From positions 497 to 64,496 of the forward strand of contig PFAC01000036.1 of assembly GCA_002773835.1 (NCBI GenBank): a DNA stretch of 64,000 bases, given 5' to 3'. The notes beneath the pieces are model-generated. The model had not been told where the DNA came from, did no database searches, and saw nothing but the letters and a program-made list of their open reading frames with translations. Origin of the DNA: Chlamydiae bacterium CG10_big_fil_rev_8_21_14_0_10_35_9 (GTDB lineage Bacteria > Chlamydiota > Chlamydiia > Chlamydiales > SM23-39). Shown here piece after piece: positions 35,820 through 45,830 of the stretch. Every line of letters begins with the position of its first letter. Position 1 is the first letter of the stretch. The position numbers and the translations under genes were made by a program.

Positions 35820-37490
35820 ATGTCGGTCCCAAATGCTTTATCTCGAGCTGTTGAACTATCTCCAGTCTTTCCTGAAAATAATGATAGACAGATCGAAGAG
35901 ATAGAAGAAAATACTTCATGCCTTGCTTCTTTTATATTTAAATATAAATCTAAACTATCATCTTGCTTGACAAAAAAAGCTGCAGAAAGAGTTTTTCACG
36001 CAATTGAGATAAATGATGCTAAAAATGCGTTAAAAGCAATTCAAAGTAGTAGATTTGACATAAACTATATTCACGAAGGTACAAAAGCCTTTCATAGGGC
36101 GGTAGAAAAAGGAAATCTTTCTATAGTTAAAAAATTAGAAGCTGAAGGAGCCAACATCAACGAACTCGATCAAGATGGCCTTACCCCTCTTGAAAAAGCT
36201 TTAGCTTTATCAAGGTTTGAGATTGTCTGGTTTTTATTAAGCCTTCGCCAAATTGATCTCAGCCACATTCCTAGACCAACATTAGATTTGCTACTACATA
36301 AAGGCATTGAGCAAAATAAATATTTCGCAGTACAGAAACTAATAGAAGCTGGCGCTGATGTTAATGGAGTAGATCAAGATGGTCTTACTCCGCTTGAAAA
36401 AGCATTTGAAAAACTGCATTTTCGAATTGTTAAATATCTATTAACCCTTAATGAAGTTGATTTAGGGCATATTCACTTCGAACTCAAAACAAATTTACTT
36501 CATCTAGCTGTTGAAAAACATGATATCGATATTGTAAGGAAACTAATAATGGCTGGCGCTGATATTAATGGCTTAGATGAAAACAACCAAAGCCCTCTCC
36601 AGAAGGCTATTGATGAATCAAACTTCGAAATTGCTTACTTCTTTTTATCTCATAGCCGAGAAAGTCTTAATTTTATTTCAAATAAAGCAAAAAAGACTTT
36701 ATTTCTTCATGCTGCTCAAGAAAATTACGATGTTACAAAAATGCTTTTAGAATTTGGCATGAATGTAAATGAAAAGAATGTTTTTAATGTTTCCCCTTTA
36801 ATGCAAGCTACTAAGGCTGGGAGATTAGATATTATGGAGATGTTGTTACAAGCTCCTAATATTGATGTCAATTTACGAGGAAGCTTAGACAATAGGACAG
36901 TCCTTCTTTTTATATTTACTGCCCCACCTAACGCAGTAACTAGAGCTGACATGCTTTTAAAACATGGTGCAAACATCAATGCGCAAACAATTAATGGCAC
37001 AACTGTCTTAATGGAAGCTGCATCTAAAGGTGACTTCCCTCTGGTACAGTTATTACTAAATCACCCCAATTTAGATATAAATTTAGCTGATAATGATCGT
37101 AACACTGCAATTTTTTTAGCTCTAAATAGCCAGCATTTTAATATTGTTTGGCGTCTACTTGATGAAAAAGCCATTGAACTAGATGCAAAATTTAGTGCTC
37201 TGTTAATAGAAGAAATAAAAAGATCAAATCATTCCAGTGAAATATTAATGAATATATTTCTTAAAAGCTTTTTTAAAACAAATGCAACAAATAGAAAAGC
37301 TCTAGAAAAGGCCTTTGAATCGATTACCGAGAAAGATCTATCAGAAAATGGAAAACTGCAGTTTATAAAAAAATGTTTAGACATGAAAATCAGCTATAGA
37401 AGTGTAGACGAAGCGCTTAATGAAGTTTATCCATTTATACCTCAAGACCTTACCCTAAAAATCGCCACATTTTCAGGCATTGTATTTTAA
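35820..37490 (+). CDS. Ankyrin-repeat protein, paralog of the upstream gene
   Basis: ANK units plus ~67-aa double modules (AN/DVNxxDQDGLTPLEKA...). The C-terminal ~85 aa (ILMNIFLKSFF...KLQFIKKCLD...FSGIVF) is homologous to the upstream gene tail (ILMNIFLKIFF...KFQFIRKCLD...FSGILF). Confidence 0.85.
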   Translation: MSVPNALSRAVELSPVFPENNDRQIEEIEENTSCLASFIFKYKSKLSSCLTKKAAERVFHAIEINDAKNALKAIQSSRFDINYIHEGTKAFHRAVEKGNLSIVKKLEAEGANINELDQDGLTPLEKALALSRFEIVWFLLSLRQIDLSHIPRPTLDLLLHKGIEQNKYFAVQKLIEAGADVNGVDQDGLTPLEKAFEKLHFRIVKYLLTLNEVDLGHIHFELKTNLLHLAVEKHDIDIVRKLIMAGADINGLDENNQSPLQKAIDESNFEIAYFFLSHSRESLNFISNKAKKTLFLHAAQENYDVTKMLLEFGMNVNEKNVFNVSPLMQATKAGRLDIMEMLLQAPNIDVNLRGSLDNRTVLLFIFTAPPNAVTRADMLLKHGANINAQTINGTTVLMEAASKGDFPLVQLLLNHPNLDINLADNDRNTAIFLALNSQHFNIVWRLLDEKAIELDAKFSALLIEEIKRSNHSSEILMNIFLKSFFKTNATNRKALEKAFESITEKDLSENGKLQFIKKCLDMKISYRSVDEALNEVYPFIPQDLTLKIATFSGIVF

Positions 37491-38137
37491 ACCTTTTCTT
37501 GAAGATATGCTACTGTACTTCCCCAAGCAAATTGAACAGGGATTTCTTTTAGTATTCTATAAGATGCCGCGTCATACTCAGTTAAAGGGTAACTAACAGA
37601 TAAGACCTTAGTTTTCGGTGCAACTTTTTTAAAGTTTTTAAGAATATTATAGACCTCATCATCACTCAAGCAGGTTCCACATAAATAAATAAAAGTTGCA
37701 TCGGACACATCTATATGCATCATATTACCTTTTACAAAGCGTAGATTTTTCAGTCGAAATATTTTAGTAAGAAAGTCTGCTATAACACAAAAAAAGGGAA
37801 TTTGTTCTACTCCAACTGTTTTGCAACGTTTAAAGGCATGCATCCAAAAACAGAGCCTACCCCTTCCAGCTCCAAGCTCGTAGAAAATATCTTGTGAGCT
37901 GACTTCACTTATCCTTATCATTTTTTCGAAAGTAAATAATGGCGTTTCTCCATATTGATGAATATTTTCTTCCTTCTTCTTAAGAAGAAACTTTTTCGAT
38001 ATTCGAAAAGGATTTTGAAAAAGATAAATTATTTTTAAAACACTATCTAAAAAAGCAAATTGAAGGTTTTTATAGTACCTATAAATATTTATAACTTCTT
38101 GGATAAAGTTGAAAATTTTAATCTTTAAAAATAGCAT
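37487..38137 (-). CDS. Class I SAM-dependent methyltransferase, unknown substrate
   Basis: Motif I FYELGAGRGRL, then VGVE, then FVKGNM, then ATFIYLCG. Confidence 0.6.
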   Translation of the reverse strand: MLFLKIKIFNFIQEVINIYRYYKNLQFAFLDSVLKIIYLFQNPFRISKKFLLKKKEENIHQYGETPLFTFEKMIRISEVSSQDIFYELGAGRGRLCFWMHAFKRCKTVGVEQIPFFCVIADFLTKIFRLKNLRFVKGNMMHIDVSDATFIYLCGTCLSDDEVYNILKNFKKVAPKTKVLSVSYPLTEYDAASYRILKEIPVQFAWGSTVAYLQEKV

Positions 38138-38138
38138 G

Positions 38139-39116
38139 CTACCAGTTTAAAAAAAGACCCGGTTCTACCGCAACAAATTCACGAAAAGGTAAACTAACTT
38201 TTTTCATAGCAAGATAAAGGTCATAGGGTGGCAATTCTAATGGCTCGTCAGACAATTTAAAGGTTTTCCAGTGCATTCCAATGCTAAATTTAGAAGAAAC
38301 TTCTGTATGAATGCGAACAGCTTCATCAGGATTAATATGCACCGTTTTCATAAATTCTCGAGGACAATAAGTCCCAATGGGTATTATACCTAAGTCAATG
38401 CCATTAAACTTCTTTCCAATTTCCTTAAAATCTTTATCGTTGTATCCCGTATCCCCAGAAAAATAAAATTTTTTATTTTCTGTAAAAGACTCAACAACAT
38501 AACCGTTCCATAGTGTTTTATTGATATCAAAAATAGTTCGTCCAGAAAAATGCTGCGCTGGAACAGCTGTAATAGTAGTACCATTACAGGAAAAACTCTC
38601 CCACCATCCTAGCTCGTAAATATTCCTGATATTTCTTTTAAGAAACCAGCTTTTTAAGTTTTTAGGGACAACCCAAATTGCACTTGGATACAAAGCATTT
38701 ATTTTAATAACTGTTTTTCTATCCAAGTGGTCATAGTGGTTATGAGAGATTAAAATGCAGTCCAATTGAGGAAGATCACTTAATTCAAGTCCAGGTGGGT
38801 GCTTTCTTTTTAAACTACTAATTGGCAGGGGTGAGCAGTACTTAGATAATATGGGATCGGTTAAGAAGGTAACTCCTCCGACTTTTACTAAAAACGTACA
38901 GTGGTTAACCCAACAAACTGAAGGCAGAGCGCTATCGAATTTTTTTTCTACTGGATAGGAAAAATTATTAGGTGGCTTCTCTCTTCGTTTTATTTCATCA
39001 TAAAATCCTAGCTTCCATAAGATGACATGCCAAAAACTTCTTTTAATTTTTTTAATATGAGGATTAGAGAATTTTTTACTTTTACGTAAAATTTCTGAAT
39101 TTTCTAGATCATGCAT
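38139..39116 (-). CDS. Metallo-beta-lactamase-fold hydrolase (NAPE-PLD-like family)
   Basis: ILISHNHYDHLD (HxHxDH), later YFSGDTGY and HW. The stop is 1 nt from the start of the downstream methyltransferase gene. Confidence 0.65.
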   Translation of the reverse strand: MHDLENSEILRKSKKFSNPHIKKIKRSFWHVILWKLGFYDEIKRREKPPNNFSYPVEKKFDSALPSVCWVNHCTFLVKVGGVTFLTDPILSKYCSPLPISSLKRKHPPGLELSDLPQLDCILISHNHYDHLDRKTVIKINALYPSAIWVVPKNLKSWFLKRNIRNIYELGWWESFSCNGTTITAVPAQHFSGRTIFDINKTLWNGYVVESFTENKKFYFSGDTGYNDKDFKEIGKKFNGIDLGIIPIGTYCPREFMKTVHINPDEAVRIHTEVSSKFSIGMHWKTFKLSDEPLELPPYDLYLAMKKVSLPFREFVAVEPGLFLNW

Positions 39117-39187
39117 CAGCTTCTTGCTATTATAATTCTTATATTTATGAAATATAAAACAAAATAATTTTTCTCTAGTATAAACCT

Positions 39188-40570
39188 ATGAAAATAAACG
39201 AAAATGCAAGCACCACCAGTCAGGTAAAAAAACTTTTTAATCTGTCTTTACCTTTGATGATCTCGTCTTTAGCCACTCTTCTCATGATTTTCGTGGATCG
39301 TATTTTTTTGGCGAATTACTCCATTGATACTTTAAATGCAGCTGTTAGTGCGGGAACTTTAGCATGGGCCTTCTTAGGAGGATTTGGCATGATAACAGCT
39401 ATGAGCCAAGTCTTTGTTTCTCAATATAATGGATCCAATCAGCAAAAAGAGGTGGGAAAAGCTGTTTGGCAAATGATTTGGGTAGGCATTTTTTCCCTTT
39501 TCTTGTTTGTTCCTATGGCATTTTTTGCCGCCCCCTTTATTTATAAAAACTCCCCTCACCAGATCAGCTACTTTTTTTGGCTGATGATCTTTGCTCCAGG
39601 TTATGCCCTTATGACGGCCTTATCGGGATTTTATATTGGTAGAGAGAAAACCAAACTCCTTATTTTACTAGCGCTTGTTGCAAATCTCATAAATATAGCT
39701 TTGGATCGAGCTTTTATCTTTGGCGTAGAAGGGGTAGTTCCTGAAATGGGGATAAAAGGTGCAGCCATCGCTACCTGTACGGGTTACTTAGTACAGGCAT
39801 TTATTCTGTTATTATTGTTTTTAAAGAAAATCCATAAAGAAACGTACGGAACCAATCATTGGAAGATTCATAAACCCCTCTTTTTAAAAAGCTTGAAGGT
39901 AGGAGCCCCCCAAGGGATATTTTATGGCTTAGAAATTGTAGGATGGGCCGTTTTTTTTGAAATGATGTCTAAAGTTAGCTTTTTGCACATCACTGTCTCG
40001 TCTATTTGTCAAAGTATTATCATTCTTCTTTCTTTTTTCATGGACGGACTAACTAGAGGAGTAGCCTCTATTGCTGGCAACTTTATTGGCGCTAAAAAAT
40101 ATGATTTGATTTCTAAAGTCTTTAGAGCTGGTATTACCCTTCAGATTGGATTTAGTTTAATTCTTGCCTTATTACTCACTTTAGATCCTAAAGTAACACT
40201 ATCCGTTTTCTTTCCTGTAACCAACTCAGAGTTTGTAGCTATTCAAGATGGTTTTTCTGAGGCGCTACAAGTGAGTTTAATTTTTGTCTTTTTCTATATA
40301 ACATTTGAAGGTTTTAGATGGGTGATATCGGGGCTTCTAAGTGCTGCTGGAGATACTTTATTTTTATTAATCGCTGGAGCTGGATCTGTGTGGGTATTTT
40401 TGCTGCTTCCAGTTTACTTAATTGTTGTGAGATATTCCCAGCCCATTGAATGGGCTTGGGCTACTGCCTTCTTCTATAGTGTAATCACATATGCAATCTA
40501 TTATTTTAGATATGTCAAAGGCAAGTGGAAAAACATTGTGTTAATTGAAGACTCTCAGTTAGAAGACTGA
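39188..40570 (+). CDS. MATE-family efflux transporter
   Basis: 460 aa, 12 predicted TM segments, N-terminal LSLPLMISSLATLLMIFVDRIFLANYS typical of NorM/DinF-type MATE proteins. Confidence 0.8.
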   Translation: MKINENASTTSQVKKLFNLSLPLMISSLATLLMIFVDRIFLANYSIDTLNAAVSAGTLAWAFLGGFGMITAMSQVFVSQYNGSNQQKEVGKAVWQMIWVGIFSLFLFVPMAFFAAPFIYKNSPHQISYFFWLMIFAPGYALMTALSGFYIGREKTKLLILLALVANLINIALDRAFIFGVEGVVPEMGIKGAAIATCTGYLVQAFILLLLFLKKIHKETYGTNHWKIHKPLFLKSLKVGAPQGIFYGLEIVGWAVFFEMMSKVSFLHITVSSICQSIIILLSFFMDGLTRGVASIAGNFIGAKKYDLISKVFRAGITLQIGFSLILALLLTLDPKVTLSVFFPVTNSEFVAIQDGFSEALQVSLIFVFFYITFEGFRWVISGLLSAAGDTLFLLIAGAGSVWVFLLLPVYLIVVRYSQPIEWAWATAFFYSVITYAIYYFRYVKGKWKNIVLIEDSQLED

Positions 40571-41700
40571 GTTGCTCTATTATAAAAACACATATAAGCG
40601 TCTTGCTTTAGATTCTCTATACTTTCAATAGACACTTCATTTATACTTTTATCACTGCATTCATACCACCTGTTATTCTTTTTGACATAAGAAACATAAT
40701 GGCCACTTTCTGTTGTATCGCCAAAGTGCACAATAAAGCTGCTTAAATTATAGGCAAGATCATCGTTGGATCTTTCTATAACTAACTCTTTATTAAGATT
40801 AAGATTGAACGGTATGTTAAGCGGGTTTTTAAGTTTAATCGATTCATATACAGCATTCAAGGAATATTGAGAAAGACCAAAAAGAGATAAAAGGTAATTA
40901 ATGGCTTTCATCCACCATGGAAAATATGAGTGTTGTTGAAATCTCTTAGCTGTCACTGTAAAAAATGGAGGGATTTTCTCGAAGCTTGTTGTCTCCCAGT
41001 TTCCTAAGGGATTCAAGACATGCAAGTAAGCATTTTCCAACATCTTTGCCAAAGGTGTTGTAGAAATATCTTGACATTCTTCACTTTTTAGGTCTACTGG
41101 AAAATAATTAGGTACTAACCCAGGTCCAGCCACTCTTTCTCCTGAGCTGGAATGGTAAACCTGACTTCTATTAGCAGCTTTACCTGATAATAATTTAGCA
41201 AAACCTTGCCACACGTCATCAGGATCATATTGATCTCTAGAAGGTGGCATAAATGGGACAACTGCTGTCAAAGCTTCTCGAAGAGGCTGTAGGTTTAATT
41301 CTGATTCTGTAGCATAGCTACGTTGCATATTCTTTAACTCTTTGACAAGAGAGCTTATTTTTTCTTTTTCATCCTGATTTTCAATGACAATAGACCCTAC
41401 TGTATTTCCTATAGCAATAGAATCAGGGTTAGGAAGTCTCTCAATTTCATCGATAATAGCGCTTTGATGTATAAGCGATTGAAATAAAGAGTTTAGAAAA
41501 CAGTTATTACCACTATTTATTAAACTAACCGGCTTTTTGATTCCAATAGATTTAACACTGTAATCGATTTGAAGTGATGTAAAACGATCTCCACTAGCAT
41601 CGGTTATTCTTCTCACCAAAGATGTGTTTAAAAATGAAGTTACTAATTGTGTTAGACAGTTATTATCTCTTCTTCGACAGCAAAAAATGTTATTTAGCAT
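40555..41700 (-). CDS. Ubiquitin-specific protease (USP/UBP, peptidase C19) - eukaryote-like deubiquitinase
   Basis: Cys box LINSGNNCFLNSLFQSLIH and His box YNLSSFIVHFGDTTESGHYVSYVKKNNRWYECSDKSINEV. The 3' end overlaps the convergent MATE gene by 16 nt. Confidence 0.8.
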   Translation of the reverse strand: MLNNIFCCRRRDNNCLTQLVTSFLNTSLVRRITDASGDRFTSLQIDYSVKSIGIKKPVSLINSGNNCFLNSLFQSLIHQSAIIDEIERLPNPDSIAIGNTVGSIVIENQDEKEKISSLVKELKNMQRSYATESELNLQPLREALTAVVPFMPPSRDQYDPDDVWQGFAKLLSGKAANRSQVYHSSSGERVAGPGLVPNYFPVDLKSEECQDISTTPLAKMLENAYLHVLNPLGNWETTSFEKIPPFFTVTAKRFQQHSYFPWWMKAINYLLSLFGLSQYSLNAVYESIKLKNPLNIPFNLNLNKELVIERSNDDLAYNLSSFIVHFGDTTESGHYVSYVKKNNRWYECSDKSINEVSIESIENLKQDAYMCFYNRATQSSN

Positions 41701-41762
41701 GTAAACCTTTTTTATTAAAAAAATGAAGCAAAAATATTACATTCATTAAGACTTTTTTTTCA

Positions 41763-43394
41763 TTAAGAAATAGATATAGGAAAAGAGTCTGTTAGTTTTT
41801 TTTCACCCCAAAACTGCATGGGGCCAGGTAATAAGTAATGATCCTCAATCATCCAAGCAGATCTTTTGTTAACTAGCCTCTTAAAAGTTTCTGTAGAAGT
41901 ATCGATCAAATATTTTTTTATGACAGGCTTTTCTTTACCATGTCGCTTTTCTAAGTTCATAAAAGAAACAATAGGAATGCCTTTTATCTCCCAGGAATCA
42001 CTTGGTTTATTGAGGTTTGAAACACAGCATATATAACCACTTAACCCAGAGTAGATAAGTAATGAGGCAGTATATCCTAAACAATAACAATAATCAGCAT
42101 CAAAATTGCTGGGCATACAGCTTCTTCCTTCATAACCGAAGAAATGGGTAACCGCATTAAATTTTCCTTGAAAACTTTTGTCATGCTGTAGTTCTTTTTT
42201 GAGCATTTCTACTAAAAGATGCTCAGTTTCAATTTTAGAAACTTGCACGTTGCCATGCGGATCTCTATCTATCAATAGCTGTTCTTTAATTTTTTCAGGA
42301 AAAATACAAAAACAGCTCTGGCTTTCCTGAGACAAATGATTCGTTACATAGTCTATTTTTTCAGAAGGTTCAGATAATTGGTTAATATGAGCTAAATGTT
42401 CTTTCCCTGTCGCTAGCAATTCATTTAGCTCTTTTATAAGAGCTTTAACTTCTGGGATAAATTCAATTAAACCTTCAGGGAGTAGAACTACACCATAGTT
42501 TTTTTTATTTTTAGACCTTTCAATCACAAAAGATGCTAAATCTTGCACAATTTGTTTTAAGGTAAGTTTTTTTTCTGCAATTTCTTCTGCTATAAGGACA
42601 TAATTAGGTTGAGTTTTTAAGGCACATTCTAATGTAATATGAGAAGCAGACCTTCCCATAAGTCTAATAAAGTGATAATATTTTTTAGCAGATAATGCAT
42701 CTTTGCAGATATTACCTATTAATTCAGCATAAGTTTTGCACGCTGAGTCAAAGCCAAAAGACATTTCAATATATTCATTTCGCAAGTCGCCGTCTATCGT
42801 TTTAGGAGCGCCTATTACTTTGGCCTGACATCCTTTTTCCGCAAAATACTCAGCTAAAACAGCAGCATTGGTATTGGAATCATCCCCTCCAATAATTAAA
42901 AGGCCATCGAGTTCCAATTGTTGTGTTGTTTTTAAAGACTTTTCTAACTGTTCTGGTGTTTCAATTTTTGTCCTACCAGATCCTAACAGATCAAATCCTC
43001 CCTGGTTACGGTAGTCTTTAAGCAGGTCCTCAGTAATTTCAATACTGTTATTGTCAACAATTCCACTAGGTCCATTCAAAAAACCTATTAACACATTGTC
43101 TGAGTGAATTTCTCTTAAGGAATCAAAAAGACCTGAAATAACATTATGCCCGCCCGATGCCTGTCCACCAGAAAAAACAACTCCCACTCTTAATGAAATC
43201 TCTGAAAAAGATTTATCATCTTGGTCAAACTCTACAATTGGCTGATTGTTCGCATGGGGGAAAAGTTTTTTAATATCTTCATGGACTTTAGGTACATTGC
43301 CTTTTTTGATAGATATTTTTTTAAGATCCTGAAGCACTGGGGGCATTTTGGGTTTATAATGTAACCGAAGGGTAGATAAAGGACTTTTTTCCAT
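41763..43394 (-). CDS. pfp: Pyrophosphate-dependent 6-phosphofructokinase
   Basis: 543 aa with GGDDSNTNAAVLAEYF, PKTIDGDL and MGRSASHI blocks of long PPi-PFKs. Confidence 0.85.
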   Translation of the reverse strand: MEKSPLSTLRLHYKPKMPPVLQDLKKISIKKGNVPKVHEDIKKLFPHANNQPIVEFDQDDKSFSEISLRVGVVFSGGQASGGHNVISGLFDSLREIHSDNVLIGFLNGPSGIVDNNSIEITEDLLKDYRNQGGFDLLGSGRTKIETPEQLEKSLKTTQQLELDGLLIIGGDDSNTNAAVLAEYFAEKGCQAKVIGAPKTIDGDLRNEYIEMSFGFDSACKTYAELIGNICKDALSAKKYYHFIRLMGRSASHITLECALKTQPNYVLIAEEIAEKKLTLKQIVQDLASFVIERSKNKKNYGVVLLPEGLIEFIPEVKALIKELNELLATGKEHLAHINQLSEPSEKIDYVTNHLSQESQSCFCIFPEKIKEQLLIDRDPHGNVQVSKIETEHLLVEMLKKELQHDKSFQGKFNAVTHFFGYEGRSCMPSNFDADYCYCLGYTASLLIYSGLSGYICCVSNLNKPSDSWEIKGIPIVSFMNLEKRHGKEKPVIKKYLIDTSTETFKRLVNKRSAWMIEDHYLLPGPMQFWGEKKLTDSFPISIS

Positions 43395-43512
43395 TTATGA
43401 CTCTCAATTTTTTTTAAGTTTAACGAAAATAATTGAATTTCTCAAGAGAGGCCTTTCTTGATATTAATATCCTATACCATTTACCCTTTATCTATTAAAT
43501 TGGAAAATTTTC

Positions 43513-44247
43513 ATGAAAACAGCAGCTATTATACCAGCCAGACTAGAAAGTAGTCGATTTCCGGAAAAGCTGCTTTTCCCCATATTGGGAAAGACATTAA
43601 TTCAACGGACTTATGAGAATGCTAAAAATTGTTCAGATGTAGAAGACGTTTTTATAGCAACTGATAATAAAAAAATAGCTGACCACTGCCTTGGGTTTGG
43701 TGCCCAGATATTGATGACAGATGCTTGCGAAAATGGAACAGAGAGACTTGCTAAAGCACTTATGCAATATAATTTTTTAAATCAATATGACCTGATTGTA
43801 AATATCCAAGGAGATCACCCCTGTCTTCAAAGCTCGACTATTTCTTCTACAATATCTTGTTTAGAAAGTGACTCTGAAGCCATGGTTGCAACAGCTGTTA
43901 TTCCTTTAGAGGATCTTTCAAAAATTGCATCCCCCCACACTGTTAAATGTGTGTTTAATCAGCAGAATAGAGCCCTCTATTTTAGCCGCTCTACTATTCC
44001 ATTTGCAGCTAAAAAGTGCTATCAGCATCTCGGCCTATATGCTTATCGAAAAGATTTTTTGGAAAAACTCCCCTCTTTTCCTTCCACTTTTTTGCAAAGA
44101 CAGGAAGATCTAGAGCAACTTAAAATATTAGAACTAGGTTACATTATAAAAATTACCATCGTAGAAGATGTGGATATCGCTATCGACATACCTTCCGATG
44201 TGACAACATTAAAGAATTTCTTATGTCAATTAAATACATCTTTATAA
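43513..44247 (+). CDS. kdsB: 3-deoxy-manno-octulosonate cytidylyltransferase (CMP-Kdo synthetase)
   Basis: AAIIPARLESSRFPEKLL N-terminus and NIQGDHP block. Confidence 0.9.
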   Translation: MKTAAIIPARLESSRFPEKLLFPILGKTLIQRTYENAKNCSDVEDVFIATDNKKIADHCLGFGAQILMTDACENGTERLAKALMQYNFLNQYDLIVNIQGDHPCLQSSTISSTISCLESDSEAMVATAVIPLEDLSKIASPHTVKCVFNQQNRALYFSRSTIPFAAKKCYQHLGLYAYRKDFLEKLPSFPSTFLQRQEDLEQLKILELGYIIKITIVEDVDIAIDIPSDVTTLKNFLCQLNTSL

Positions 44248-45830
44248 CAGGCGGAGTAGTCTCTTCTTTAGGCAAGGGGCTCACTACAGCAGCTATAGGA
44301 AACTTGCTTGAAGCAAGAGGTTTAAACATTGCTATTTTAAAATTGGATCCATACCTCAATGTGGACCCAGGAACAATGAACCCATTTCAGCATGGTGAAG
44401 TTTATGTAACGGACGATGGCTCTGAAACAGATCTCGACTTAGGGCATTACTACCGTTTCACCAAAAGTCCTCTTTCGAAAGTTTCTAACGCTACATCTGG
44501 TCAAATTTATGAAACAGTCATTAAAAAAGAGCGTAAGGGTGAATACCTTGGAAAAACCGTTCAAGTAATTCCTCACATTACCGATGAAATAAAAAATCGC
44601 ATTACAGCAGTTGCCAAACAGTCTCAAAAAATAGATGTTGTACTTATTGAAATTGGAGGCACCGTAGGAGATATAGAATGCCTTCCTTTCTTAGAAGCTA
44701 TAAGACAGTTTAGATACGAACATCATGATGACTGTGTAAATATTCACTTGACATATGTTCCTTATTTAAAAGCTGCTGGTGAAGTAAAGACAAAGCCGTC
44801 TCAACATTCAGCCATGATTTTGCGAGAAATTGGTATCATTCCTGATATGATTTTATGTCGTTGTGAGCAGGCTTTAAGCGACGAAATTAAAGAAAAAATT
44901 TCCCTTTTCTGCAATGTCTTAAAACAAGATGTTTTTGATGAAAAAGATGTTGACTCAACTATCTATGAAGTTCCCTTAGAGCTTCATAAACAAGGATTAG
45001 ATGAAAGAATTTTAACACTGCTTAGCCTGCCTGCTAAGCAAGCTGACTTGAGCGCTTGGAAAGAGATGGTAGCTATTGCTATCAAGCCTAAGCAAAAACT
45101 TAAAATTGGTGTAGTAGGTAAATACGTTGACCTTAATGACGCATATAAGTCTATTTATGAAGCGCTGTATCATGCATCAATTGCAGCACATGTCGATTTA
45201 GATATTTGTAAAATTGAATCTGACAAAGTTGATCATGAGTCTCAATTAGAAAAGTGTGATGGCTATTTAGTTCCAGGTGGTTTTGGGCAAAGAGGCTGGC
45301 TTGGCAAAATATTTACAGCTAAATATTGCAGAGAAAACAACATTCCATTTTTTGGTGTATGCCTCGGCATGCAAATTATGATCGTAGAGTTTGCAAGAAA
45401 TGTGCTTGGAAAAGGAACTGCTCATTCTGTAGAAGTTGATCCCCATACCGAGTTCCCTGTCATATCTCTTATGGAAGAACAAAAAAAGATTGAAAAGTTA
45501 GGAGCTACAATGCGCCTCGGCTCTTACCCTTGCCTTTTAAAGCCTGAATCCAAGGCCTATTTAGCTTATGGCAAAAAAGTAGTGCAAGAACGGCATAGAC
45601 ACAGATATGAGTTTAATAATGAGTTCAAAGAAGAGTTCGAAAAACATGGTATGGTCTTTGCGGGAACTTTAAATGAAGGATCCTTATGTGAAATCGCTGA
45701 AATTTCTCATCATCCTTGGATGGTAGGGGTTCAGTTTCACCCAGAGTTTAAATCTAAGCCATTAGAACCTCATCCACTATTTACCAGTTTTATTAACGCA
45801 GCAAAGGAAGCTAAATGGGGAAAATCTTAA
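44223..45830 (+). CDS. pyrG: CTP synthase
   Basis: MSIKYIFITGGVVSSLGKG, a GATase domain with GVCLGMQ, and HRHRYEFN. Overlaps kdsB by 25 nt. Confidence 0.95.
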   Translation: MSIKYIFITGGVVSSLGKGLTTAAIGNLLEARGLNIAILKLDPYLNVDPGTMNPFQHGEVYVTDDGSETDLDLGHYYRFTKSPLSKVSNATSGQIYETVIKKERKGEYLGKTVQVIPHITDEIKNRITAVAKQSQKIDVVLIEIGGTVGDIECLPFLEAIRQFRYEHHDDCVNIHLTYVPYLKAAGEVKTKPSQHSAMILREIGIIPDMILCRCEQALSDEIKEKISLFCNVLKQDVFDEKDVDSTIYEVPLELHKQGLDERILTLLSLPAKQADLSAWKEMVAIAIKPKQKLKIGVVGKYVDLNDAYKSIYEALYHASIAAHVDLDICKIESDKVDHESQLEKCDGYLVPGGFGQRGWLGKIFTAKYCRENNIPFFGVCLGMQIMIVEFARNVLGKGTAHSVEVDPHTEFPVISLMEEQKKIEKLGATMRLGSYPCLLKPESKAYLAYGKKVVQERHRHRYEFNNEFKEEFEKHGMVFAGTLNEGSLCEIAEISHHPWMVGVQFHPEFKSKPLEPHPLFTSFINAAKEAKWGKS

